A DNA stretch of 12,004 bases, from the NCBI GenBank assembly GCA_039801565.1, contig JBDRUX010000077.1, positions 1 through 12,004 of the forward strand, written 5' to 3'. The notes beneath the pieces were generated by a model, which was not told the DNA's origin, did not search any database, and was given only the letters and a program-made list of their open reading frames with translations. This DNA comes from a candidate division WOR-3 bacterium (GTDB lineage Bacteria > Hydrothermota > Tepidihabitantia > Tepidihabitantales > JAOUPE01). The first letter of the stretch is position 1; every line of letters starts with the position of its first letter. The position numbers and the translations under genes are program-made. Positions 1-7,445 of the stretch are shown here, piece by piece.

Positions 1-1313
1 GTGCCAAATTGCAAGAAGTAAATTCCTGGCTTGATTCCTTCCAGAGATATTTTTATTTCATTGTTATCGCGATTTGATTCGGTAACGGCAATCTCCTTTA
101 TCATCTTTCCTGAAACATCAAAGATTTTTATATTTTGGCGGTCAGCGGAGCGCGGTGAGCGGATAGCGAGAACGGACTTCGCCGGATTTGGATAAATCTC
201 CAGCGGTAGGCGGTTAGCGGATAGCGGTTCGCGGTCTTCAATTCCGACTGGGATTGAATCCCGAAGCACGGCTACGGTGTTACTCCAATAATTAGCAACA
301 TAGACCCGATTCTGAAGTGGATTCCAAGCAAAATCATGATTGCCATAGCCGACCTGAATGGTTTTAATTATTGTATCAGTTCCGCCATCAATTATTATAA
401 CATCACCGCTTTCATGACCGCAATAAACTTTCTTATTGATAGGATTGTAAATTAAAGCCCGCGGCATATCCCCAACCGCCATAGTTTTAATCACCGAATC
501 CGATGCGCCGTCAATCACCGTTAAAGTATTGCTCCAAGCATTAGCACAATAGACCTTGTTACTGGCAAAATTATAAACTAATGCCCAGGGACGTTCTCCA
601 GTGGGAATGGTTGTAATCACCGTGTCGGTGTCACAATCAATCACTGTAACATTACCGCTATTATCATTAGCACAATAGACTTTGTTGTTCAAAGAATTAT
701 AAGCCAAAACCCAAGGACGGTTTCCAACCGGAATGGTCGCAATCACTGAATCAGTTACACCATCAATCACGGCCACACACCGCCCACGGCTATTAGCGCA
801 ATAAACCTCGTTATTTAAAAAATTATAGCACAAAGCCCAGGGTCTGGCTCCGACCCAAATGGTTTTAATCACGGAATCGGTTGCCCCATTAATCACCGTG
901 ACATTGTCACTACCATCGTTAGCGCAATAGACCTTGTTGTTGGTCGGATTATAGCATAAGGCATTGGGGAGAGCTCCGACCGTAATTGTTCTAATTACTG
1001 AATCGGTCCTGCCATTAATCACCGTCACACTGTGGCTAAAATAATTAGCGCAATAGACCTTGTTGTTGGTTGGATTATAAACCAAGGCACAAGTCTCGTC
1101 GCCGACCGAAACCGTTTTAATCACTGAATTATACTTATCAATCACCGATATATTATCACTTTCAATATTGATGCAATAAACTTTATTGTCTAAAGAATTG
1201 TAGCACAAATCCCAAGGGTTTTCTCCAACCGGAATTGTCGCTTCCAACCATTGAGCGAAACCAATAGTCACAAGTAACAAGTGACAGGTCGCAAGTAGGC
1301 ACAAATACTTCAT
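1..1313 (-). CDS. Secreted YVTN/YncE-family 8-blade beta-propeller protein with T9SS type-A-like C-terminal domain (3' end outside the window)
   Basis: Manual translation from ATG 1313 is open to the window edge. It gives signal peptide MKYLCLLATCHLLLVTIGFA/QWLEAT, eight repeats of about 42 aa (e.g. KTIWVGARPWALCYNFLNNEVYCANSRGRCVAVIDGVTDSVI), then VGIED...LEIYPNPAKS...IKIFDVSGKMIKEI...SLEGIKPGIYFLQFG. It has no stop in the window, which probably explains its absence from the ORF track. Confidence 0.93.
   Translation of the reverse strand, partial: MKYLCLLATCHLLLVTIGFAQWLEATIPVGENPWDLCYNSLDNKVYCINIESDNISVIDKYNSVIKTVSVGDETCALVYNPTNNKVYCANYFSHSVTVINGRTDSVIRTITVGALPNALCYNPTNNKVYCANDGSDNVTVINGATDSVIKTIWVGARPWALCYNFLNNEVYCANSRGRCVAVIDGVTDSVIATIPVGNRPWVLAYNSLNNKVYCANDNSGNVTVIDCDTDTVITTIPTGERPWALVYNFASNKVYCANAWSNTLTVIDGASDSVIKTMAVGDMPRALIYNPINKKVYCGHESGDVIIIDGGTDTIIKTIQVGYGNHDFAWNPLQNRVYVANYWSNTVAVLRDSIPVGIEDREPLSANRLPLEIYPNPAKSVLAIRSPRSADRQNIKIFDVSGKMIKEIAVTESNRDNNEIKISLEGIKPGIYFLQFG
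138..237. repeat. Two clusters of degenerate 7-bp tandem repeats (GCGGNNN) inside the CDS
   Basis: 138-172: GCGGTCA GCGGAGC GCGGTGA GCGGATA GCGAGAA. 203-237: GCGGTAG GCGGTTA GCGGATA GCGGTTC GCGGTCT. Confidence 0.8.
255..1241 (-). repeat. Eight internal coding repeats of about 126 bp (propeller blades)
   Basis: TTAGCGCAATAGACCTTGTTGTTGGT is identical at 919-944 and 1045-1070 (offset 126 bp). The YNxxNNKVYCAN motif recurs in the translation. Confidence 0.9.
1270..1297. repeat. Degenerate 7-bp tandem repeat within the signal-peptide coding region
   Basis: ACAAGTA ACAAGTG ACAGGTC GCAAGTA. Confidence 0.65.
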
Positions 1314-1320
1314 CTTAAAA

Positions 1321-1348
1321 ATTATAACCTTTGGCTTTAAATAGTCAA
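1321..1348 (-). promoter_or_regulatory. sigma70-type promoter, probably leaderless, for the beta-propeller gene
   Basis: Minus strand: TTGACT (1348-1343), 16 bp, TATAAT (1326-1321), 7 nt, ATG (1313). No Shine-Dalgarno in between. Confidence 0.75.
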
Positions 1349-1520
1349 CCTAAGTGTAGAGTTACTGATGGCGATACGGATGGGAGAAATAATAAATGAA
1401 TGAAAATAGTTCAAACATTTTGAAAGGTTCAATTATTGGGTTAAAGACACTATCAGTTCGAAGGTATAAAATGGCAGAACCGGGATTTACTGAGAATGAA
1501 GAATTTTTTATCCGAAGGGA

Positions 1521-3881
1521 CTAACCTTTTTTATTTATTCGCTTCTGGTTGAAAAGAATTTTATAGACATCGTGGATTGATTTGACAAATTCAAAATTTA
1601 AGTCCTTTTTTACTTTTTGGGGAATCTCATCTAAATCTTTTTTGTTTTCCACCGGTAATATCACCGTCTTAATCCCAGCCCGATTGGCGGCTAAAACCTT
1701 TTCTTTGACCCCACCAATTGGTAATATCCGCCCGGTCAGGGTTATCTCACCGGTCATCGCAGTATTCGGGTCAATCGGCACTTCTTTCAATAATGACAAG
1801 AGTGATGCCGAGATGGCAATCCCTGCCGAAGGTCCATCTTTTGGTGTTGCTCCAGATGGGATATGAATATGGATATCATAATTGTCAAAGAAATCTTCGT
1901 TGATACCAAATTTCTTGGCATTGGCACGAATAAAAGATAATGCCGCTTGAGCCGATTCTTTCATCACTTCACCCAACGAACCAGTAAGGGTTAGACCCTT
2001 TTTACCTTTCATCTTGGAAGATTCAATAAAAATAATTTCACCGCCAAATGGTGTGACTGCCAGGCCGGTTGAGACGCCATTAATTCCCTTGCGTGCCGCA
2101 ACCTCGGAGAAGAACTTTTGCGGACCTAAAAATTCGCGAACCTCTTTTTCCGTAATCTTCATTCTTTTCGTATTGCCTTCTGCAAACCTTCTTGCTACTT
2201 TTCGGGTAATCGCACCAATCTCCCGTTCTAAATTTCTCACCCCAGCCTCGCGCGTATATTCGTTGATTATCAATTCTAATGCCTTATCCGTAAATTCAAT
2301 ATCATTTTCGCTTAAACCCGATTCCTTAATCTGTCTTGGAATTAAGAAATTCTTGGCAATCATAAGTTTCTCTTCCGCAATATAGCCGGGCAATTCAAGA
2401 ATCTCCATTCGGTCTTTTAAGGCTGGCAGGATTGGGTCAACTAAATTGGCAGTGGTGATAAACATCACCTTAGATAAGTCGAAAGGTACCTCGAGATAAT
2501 GGTCAGAAAAAGCAAAGTTCTGTTCTGGGTCTAAGACCTCTAAAAGGGCTGAGGACGGGTCACCGCGAAAGTCCATACCAACCTTATCAATCTCATCTAA
2601 CATAAAGACTGGATTATTAGTACCCGCATTTCTAATTCCTTGGATAATTCGACCGGGTAGTGCTCCGACATAGGTTCGGCGATGACCACGAATCTCAGCT
2701 TCGTCGCGAATACCACCCAATGAAAATCGGACAAATTTCCTGCCTAAGGCTCGAGCAATTGAACGACCCAAAGATGTTTTACCAACACCGGGTGGACCAA
2801 CAAAACATAAGATTGGACCTTTGGAATCCTTACGCAGTTTCTTGACTGCTAAATATTCAATAATTCTCTCTTTAACTTTTTCTAAGTTATAATGGTCTTC
2901 GTCCAAAATCTGCTTTGCCCGTTTAATATCTAAGTTATCTTCGGAACTGACTGACCAGGGCAAAGCAATCAGCCAGTCAAGATAAGTTCGGGAGACGGTG
3001 TATTCGGCAGCTGCTGGTGGCATCCGTGCCAACCGGTCAACCTCTTTTAAGGCGATTTCTCTAACCTCTTTTGGCATTTTAGCTTTTTCAATTTTATCTT
3101 TTAATTCGTTGATTTCGGCGGTTTTCTCATCCAATTCGCCCAATTCTTTCTGAATCGCCTTCAACTGCTCACGTAAGAAATATTCGCGTTGGGTCTTGTC
3201 AATCTCACCTTTTACCTGGTCACGAATCTTTGCCCCAAGTTCTAAGATGCTAATCTCTTTGGTTAGCAGTGGCACCAATCGGTTCAAACGCTCTTTTGGG
3301 TCAAAAGTCTCTAATAATGCTTGTTTATCAACAACATCAAAGTTGGTATAACTGGCAACAAAGTCAGCCAACCGACCCGGACTTTCGATATTCATAACCA
3401 CCGTTGTCATCTCTTCCGGCAGGTAAGGCGCCATATCCGCCAATTGATGAAAAAGGTTGACAACATTACGCATTAAGGCTTCGACTGCGATATCCTTTTT
3501 CTCGGTCTCCTCGACGACTTCAGTTCTTGCCTTCAGATATGGTTCCCGCTGGATAAAATCTAAGACTTTAGCCCGTTTTAAACCTTGGACTAAAAGCCGC
3601 ATTGTGCCATCAGGAAATCGTAACATCTTAGAGATTAAAACGACAGTTCCGACTGAATAGAGATCTTCCGGTTGGGCTTCTTCGATATCAGGATTTTTCT
3701 GAGTGACACAGAGTACCAATTTATCACCAGCCAAGGTTTCATCCACTAATTTCGCCGACCGCGCTGTACTAATCACTAAAGGTGATATTAGATTGGGGAA
3801 AATGACACCGCCTTTAATCGGCAAAACCGGCAGTATCTCCGGTATCGTAAAGGTTTTTGGTTCTTGGATTAAATCTCTCAT
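1521..3881 (-). CDS. lon: ATP-dependent protease La (LonA)
   Basis: N-terminal LON domain, Walker A GPPGVGKT, RGHRRTYVGALPG, Walker B MLDEIDK, catalytic KDGPSAG (Ser) and GGVKEK (Lys). The start overlaps the hsp20 stop (ATGA, 3881-3878). Confidence 0.98.
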   Translation of the reverse strand: MRDLIQEPKTFTIPEILPVLPIKGGVIFPNLISPLVISTARSAKLVDETLAGDKLVLCVTQKNPDIEEAQPEDLYSVGTVVLISKMLRFPDGTMRLLVQGLKRAKVLDFIQREPYLKARTEVVEETEKKDIAVEALMRNVVNLFHQLADMAPYLPEEMTTVVMNIESPGRLADFVASYTNFDVVDKQALLETFDPKERLNRLVPLLTKEISILELGAKIRDQVKGEIDKTQREYFLREQLKAIQKELGELDEKTAEINELKDKIEKAKMPKEVREIALKEVDRLARMPPAAAEYTVSRTYLDWLIALPWSVSSEDNLDIKRAKQILDEDHYNLEKVKERIIEYLAVKKLRKDSKGPILCFVGPPGVGKTSLGRSIARALGRKFVRFSLGGIRDEAEIRGHRRTYVGALPGRIIQGIRNAGTNNPVFMLDEIDKVGMDFRGDPSSALLEVLDPEQNFAFSDHYLEVPFDLSKVMFITTANLVDPILPALKDRMEILELPGYIAEEKLMIAKNFLIPRQIKESGLSENDIEFTDKALELIINEYTREAGVRNLEREIGAITRKVARRFAEGNTKRMKITEKEVREFLGPQKFFSEVAARKGINGVSTGLAVTPFGGEIIFIESSKMKGKKGLTLTGSLGEVMKESAQAALSFIRANAKKFGINEDFFDNYDIHIHIPSGATPKDGPSAGIAISASLLSLLKEVPIDPNTAMTGEITLTGRILPIGGVKEKVLAANRAGIKTVILPVENKKDLDEIPQKVKKDLNFEFVKSIHDVYKILFNQKRINKKG

Positions 3882-4300
3882 TCGATTTTAATCACTTTAG
3901 CGCCTTTTTCTTTACGCTGGAATTGCAAGGTCAAGAGGCCATCTTTTAAATTGACCCGGACCGTCTTGGGTTCAATACGAAATGGCATCATCACCCGTTT
4001 CTGAAAATAACCGTAAGGAATCTCTAATTTGTAAAAATTTATTCCCTGTTTGAAAGCGGAAGGGGATTGCTTAACGCCTCGAATCTGGACCCAGCTTGGC
4101 GCCACCATAATCGTCAAATCTTCTCGATTCACCCCTGGAATCTCCATTATTAAATAAATTAGCTCATCGGTCACGAAGAGGTCAGTAGCCGGTGTCCAGA
4201 CGACATCAAAGAAAGAATAATGCCAGTCCCAAAACTCTTCAAACATAATATCCGTGTCGTCATAGAACGATATCTTTATTTTGCCGGCATTATTCTTCAT
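3878..4300 (-). CDS. Hsp20/alpha-crystallin family small heat-shock protein
   Basis: WTPATDLFVT...MEIPGVNREDL...IRGVK...EIPYGYFQKRV..P..IEP..V...LKDGLLTL. The start was moved from TTG 4315 to ATG 4300 and is uncertain. Confidence 0.9.
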   Translation of the reverse strand: MKNNAGKIKISFYDDTDIMFEEFWDWHYSFFDVVWTPATDLFVTDELIYLIMEIPGVNREDLTIMVAPSWVQIRGVKQSPSAFKQGINFYKLEIPYGYFQKRVMMPFRIEPKTVRVNLKDGLLTLQFQRKEKGAKVIKIE

Positions 4301-4341
4301 ATAAATATTAGACAACTTTTGCCGTAAAATCGGTTCAACGA

Positions 4342-5172
4342 TTAATCATTGGATTCGGTCTTACTTTCTGGCGTGTCTTCCTTATCGTCAATCGCGCGGT
4401 TAATTCTTTTGATTGACAAGGCTTTGCCGGTCGCCACATCCAAATCTATTAATACCGCACAAATATGCACATCATCTTTAGCTGGTTTGAGTCGAACTGG
4501 CGTGGAATAGATGATGCGTCGTAAAGACAGGTCGGTGCGCATTCCAATCACCGAGGCAAATGGCCCACACATTCCGACATCAGAGATATAGGCAGTGCCA
4601 TTAGGTAAAATTTTTTCATCGGCAGTTTGAATATGGGTATGGGTACCTAAGACAGCGGAAACTTTACCATCTAAAAACCAACCCATCGCTACCTTCTCAG
4701 CGGTAGCTTCGGCATGAAAATCTACTATAATTGTATTTGTTATCGGCTTCATCAATTCAATTACCTTTGTCACTTTCTGAAATGGGCAGTCAACCAATTT
4801 CAGAAAAACTCTGCCCAAAAGGTTGATAACACCGATGTAGCAATTATCGAATTCATAGACTTGATAACCGCGGCCACAGACGCCTTCTGGATAGTTTGCG
4901 GGCCTTAAGATTCTCAGTTCCGAATTATAAAAACTTTCGGCTTCTCGGCGGTCTAAAAAGTGGTCGCCGGTTGTAATGCAATTAATTCCGGCTTGAAATA
5001 ACTCTTCGGCTAACTTGGCGGTGATACCATAACCACCAGCGATATTTTCCGCATTGGCAATCACAAAGGATGGCCGGTACTCTTCTTTAAGTTGGTTAAG
5101 ATTTTTAATAACTGCCTTTCGTCCTTTTTCAGCGCAAACCTCACCTAAAAATAAAATTCTTCTAACGGGCAT
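4342..5172 (-). CDS. ymdB: TIGR00282/YmdB-like metallophosphoesterase with variant metal-binding motifs
   Basis: NAEN, LRPANYP, DFHAEATAEK, GTHTH and DVGMCG motifs. It sits in the usual position downstream of rny, with an 11-nt overlap. Confidence 0.93.
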   Translation of the reverse strand: MPVRRILFLGEVCAEKGRKAVIKNLNQLKEEYRPSFVIANAENIAGGYGITAKLAEELFQAGINCITTGDHFLDRREAESFYNSELRILRPANYPEGVCGRGYQVYEFDNCYIGVINLLGRVFLKLVDCPFQKVTKVIELMKPITNTIIVDFHAEATAEKVAMGWFLDGKVSAVLGTHTHIQTADEKILPNGTAYISDVGMCGPFASVIGMRTDLSLRRIIYSTPVRLKPAKDDVHICAVLIDLDVATGKALSIKRINRAIDDKEDTPESKTESND

Positions 5173-6727
5173 AGCTGACCGCTCTTGTCTCTCTGACTAC
5201 TGTCACTTTAATCTGCCCGGCGTATTTCATTTCCAGTTGAATTTGAGCAGCGATTTTGGCAGCCAATTCTGCTGCCTCTTCGTCCGAAATTCCTTCAGGT
5301 TGAACCATAACGCGCACTTCGCGACCGGCTTGAATTGCATAGGCTTTATCAACTCCGGGAAACGAAGTAGCAATCGCTTCCAAATCTTCAATCCGTTTGA
5401 TGTAGGCCTCGAAACTTTCGCGCCTTGCGCCGGGCCTTGAGCCTGAGATACTGTCGGCCGCAGCCACTAAGAAGGCATAATTAGAATTGAATGGAGCTTC
5501 TTCGTGGTGGGCAGCAATCGCATTAACAATAATCTCGTCTTCGCCATAACGCCGAGCAATCTCAGCACCGATTTGGGCATGGGTTCCTTCTAACGAAGTA
5601 TCCGCACTCTTACCAATATCGTGGAGTAATCCGGCACGCCGCGCCGGCATTGGGTCGAAACCAAGTTCCTGTGCCATCAATGAAGCAAGCAGTGCCACTT
5701 CTTTAGAATGTAACAAGACATTCTGTCCGTAACTGGTTCGATACTTCAGTCGGCCAAGTTGGTTAATCAATTCCGGGGCTAGTCCCACGATACCTAATTC
5801 TAAAACAATTGCTTCGCCAGCATTTTTAATGATTGTTTGCATCTCCTCACTGGTCTTAGCGACAATTTCTTCAATTCGGGTTGGATGGATTCTGCCATCA
5901 GCCACCAACTTTTCCATTGCCAGTTTGGCGATTTCACGTCGAATCGGGTCGAAACCGGAAATCACAATCGCCCCTGGCGTATCGTCAATCACCACTTCGA
6001 CTCCAGTTAATGCCTCAAAGGTTCGAATATTTCTACCCTCCCGACCAATGATTCGACCTTTTAATTCATCAGACGGTAGGTTTACGACTGAAACTGTTGT
6101 CTCGGCTGCATGAGAAATTGCACACCGTTGGATTGCGGATAAGATTACTTCTTTGGCATAGGTCTCGGCTTCGGCTTTGGCTTTTTCCGTGATTTCCCTT
6201 ACCATCTGGGCTGCTTCCAGGTGGGTTTGTTTTTCTAAATTCTTCAACAATTCTCTTTTTGCCTCTTCGATACTCAAGTTAGTAATTTTCATTAATCGTT
6301 CGTTTTGTTCGTTGATCAACTGGTCGTAACGTTCTGCCTTGGTACGGACTAATTTTTCTCGCGACACCAATTCCCGTTCGCGTCGCAGCAAATCTGCTTC
6401 ACGGCGGTTCAGGACATTTTCCTTGTTATTCAGAACAATTTCTCGTTCAGCGATTTTTCGTTCCAATCTTTCAATTTCTTTACGGCGGTTACAGGTTTCC
6501 TCTTCAAATTTTACTCGTTCGCGGTGCCATTCTTCTTTTGTCGCAAGTTCGGCTTTTTGCTTAAGATTTTCTGCTTCATTTTTTGCTTCTTGGATGATGC
6601 GTTGTGCCTCAGCTTCTCGGGTCTTTAGCCGTTCTATGCCAATTCGATGGCTGATGAAATAACCAACTAAAAACCCGATTATACCCAAGGCAATAAAGAA
6701 AACTACATTAGCAATCGTTATTGTCAT
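5162..6727 (-). CDS. rny: Ribonuclease Y
   Basis: N-terminal TM helix, long coiled coil, KH domain (KGRIIGREGRNIR), HD domain (LLHDIGK) and C-terminal AYAIQAGREVRV. Start placed at ATG 6727 because GGAGGT precedes it (ORF track gives 6739). Confidence 0.97.
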   Translation of the reverse strand: MTITIANVVFFIALGIIGFLVGYFISHRIGIERLKTREAEAQRIIQEAKNEAENLKQKAELATKEEWHRERVKFEEETCNRRKEIERLERKIAEREIVLNNKENVLNRREADLLRRERELVSREKLVRTKAERYDQLINEQNERLMKITNLSIEEAKRELLKNLEKQTHLEAAQMVREITEKAKAEAETYAKEVILSAIQRCAISHAAETTVSVVNLPSDELKGRIIGREGRNIRTFEALTGVEVVIDDTPGAIVISGFDPIRREIAKLAMEKLVADGRIHPTRIEEIVAKTSEEMQTIIKNAGEAIVLELGIVGLAPELINQLGRLKYRTSYGQNVLLHSKEVALLASLMAQELGFDPMPARRAGLLHDIGKSADTSLEGTHAQIGAEIARRYGEDEIIVNAIAAHHEEAPFNSNYAFLVAAADSISGSRPGARRESFEAYIKRIEDLEAIATSFPGVDKAYAIQAGREVRVMVQPEGISDEEAAELAAKIAAQIQLEMKYAGQIKVTVVRETRAVSYAR

Positions 6728-6784
6728 ATTTACCTCCATTTCCCCTTATTGGGAAAACGGTAGTTCGGCTAAATTAGAAAAAAA

Positions 6785-6958
6785 TCCCCGCTTGGTGCCG
6801 TGCGAGTTTAAGTCTCTGAACCCTATAGTAAGGTGGGCGCCTCAAGAGTGCTTCATGCGTTTTGTTTTCGAAAACTTGGGCAATTCACACTCCAATCTGG
6901 CACCCTACTTATGGGTGTTGGCTCAAGACTTCGTCACCCGTCACGAACACAGCAGGGA
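6785..6958 (-). ncRNA. ssrS: 6S RNA
   Basis: Rod-like fold on the minus strand: UCCCUGCU/AGCGGGGA, GUGUUCGUG/CACGGCAC, CGGGU/ACUCG, AAGUC/GACUU, UUGAGCC/GGUUCAG, central bubble AACACCCAUAAGUA/ACCUUACUAUAG, GGGUGCC/GGCGCCC, GGAGUG/CACUCU, apical GUUUUCGAAAAC. It is about 174 nt, followed by a U7 run, in the established position downstream of zapA. Confidence 0.92.
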
Positions 6959-6960
6959 GC

Positions 6961-7230
6961 CTAATATAATACTTTTTCCAATTTTTCAATGAGCAAGCCG
7001 ATCTGGGCTTTAACCCATTCCGTTTTCTCCTTATCTTGACGCAGATAATCCTCAACTAAATTGAGGCAAGCATAATCTGCGGTTTCTAAGCGTGAGAGTT
7101 TCGGATAACGCTCATGAACCTCACGCATCTTCTGGTCAACAATTTTCGCCACGGTCAATATCAAATTACCTTCTTCATCGGTTTTTATCTTATATTCATT
7201 ACCAAAAATGTTAACATTCAAAGTTTTCAT
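6961..7230 (-). CDS. zapA: Cell division protein ZapA
   Basis: VNIFGNEYKIK...VAKIVDQKMREV...ACLNL pattern, 89 aa, GGGAG upstream, and synteny with pheT, 6S RNA and rny. Confidence 0.9.
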   Translation of the reverse strand: MKTLNVNIFGNEYKIKTDEEGNLILTVAKIVDQKMREVHERYPKLSRLETADYACLNLVEDYLRQDKEKTEWVKAQIGLLIEKLEKVLY

Positions 7231-7249
7231 TTGCTCCCAAGCTTATATA

Positions 7250-7278
7250 ATATTATAAAATTTCATCGATTTTGTCAA
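7250..7278 (-). promoter_or_regulatory. Internal sigma70-type promoter in the 3' end of the zapB-like gene
   Basis: Minus strand: TTGACA (7278-7273), followed by TAATAT at 17 bp (7255-7250) or TATAAT at 15 bp (7257-7252), upstream of the zapA RBS. Confidence 0.6.
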
Positions 7279-7444
7279 GCATTAAATTAATTCGTTCAAT
7301 GGTCAATTTTTTTTCATTGCGCAAGCGGTCAATCTCGGCTCGTAGCATTTCGTTCTCCTTGCGTAATTTTTCAATCAATTCAATTGCCTTTTCAATCTTT
7401 TGCGCCAGGATGGAAAATTCTGACTCCGCAATACCTTTTGTCAT
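7253..7444 (-). CDS. Small coiled-coil protein, ZapB-like
   Basis: FSILAQKIEKAIELIEKLRKENEMLRAEIDRLRNEK...IERINLMLDKIDEIL heptad pattern, lying between pheT and zapA. Start ATG 7444 follows GAGGTG. Confidence 0.8.
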   Translation of the reverse strand: MTKGIAESEFSILAQKIEKAIELIEKLRKENEMLRAEIDRLRNEKKLTIERINLMLDKIDEIL

Positions 7445-7445
7445 T

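Noticed and set aside
4301..4341. Heat-shock promoter or CIRCE upstream of hsp20
   Set aside because: There is no TTAGCACTC-N9-GAGTGCTAA, and TTGAAC and TAATAT are 22 bp apart.
6739..6756. Small hairpin TTTCCC-N6-GGGAAA upstream of the rny SD
   Set aside because: The stem is weak (6 bp), does not cover the SD, and has no U-tract after it on the transcribed strand.
6792..6992. 66-aa + strand ORF
   Set aside because: It is antisense to the 6S RNA, whose structure and synteny explain the region.
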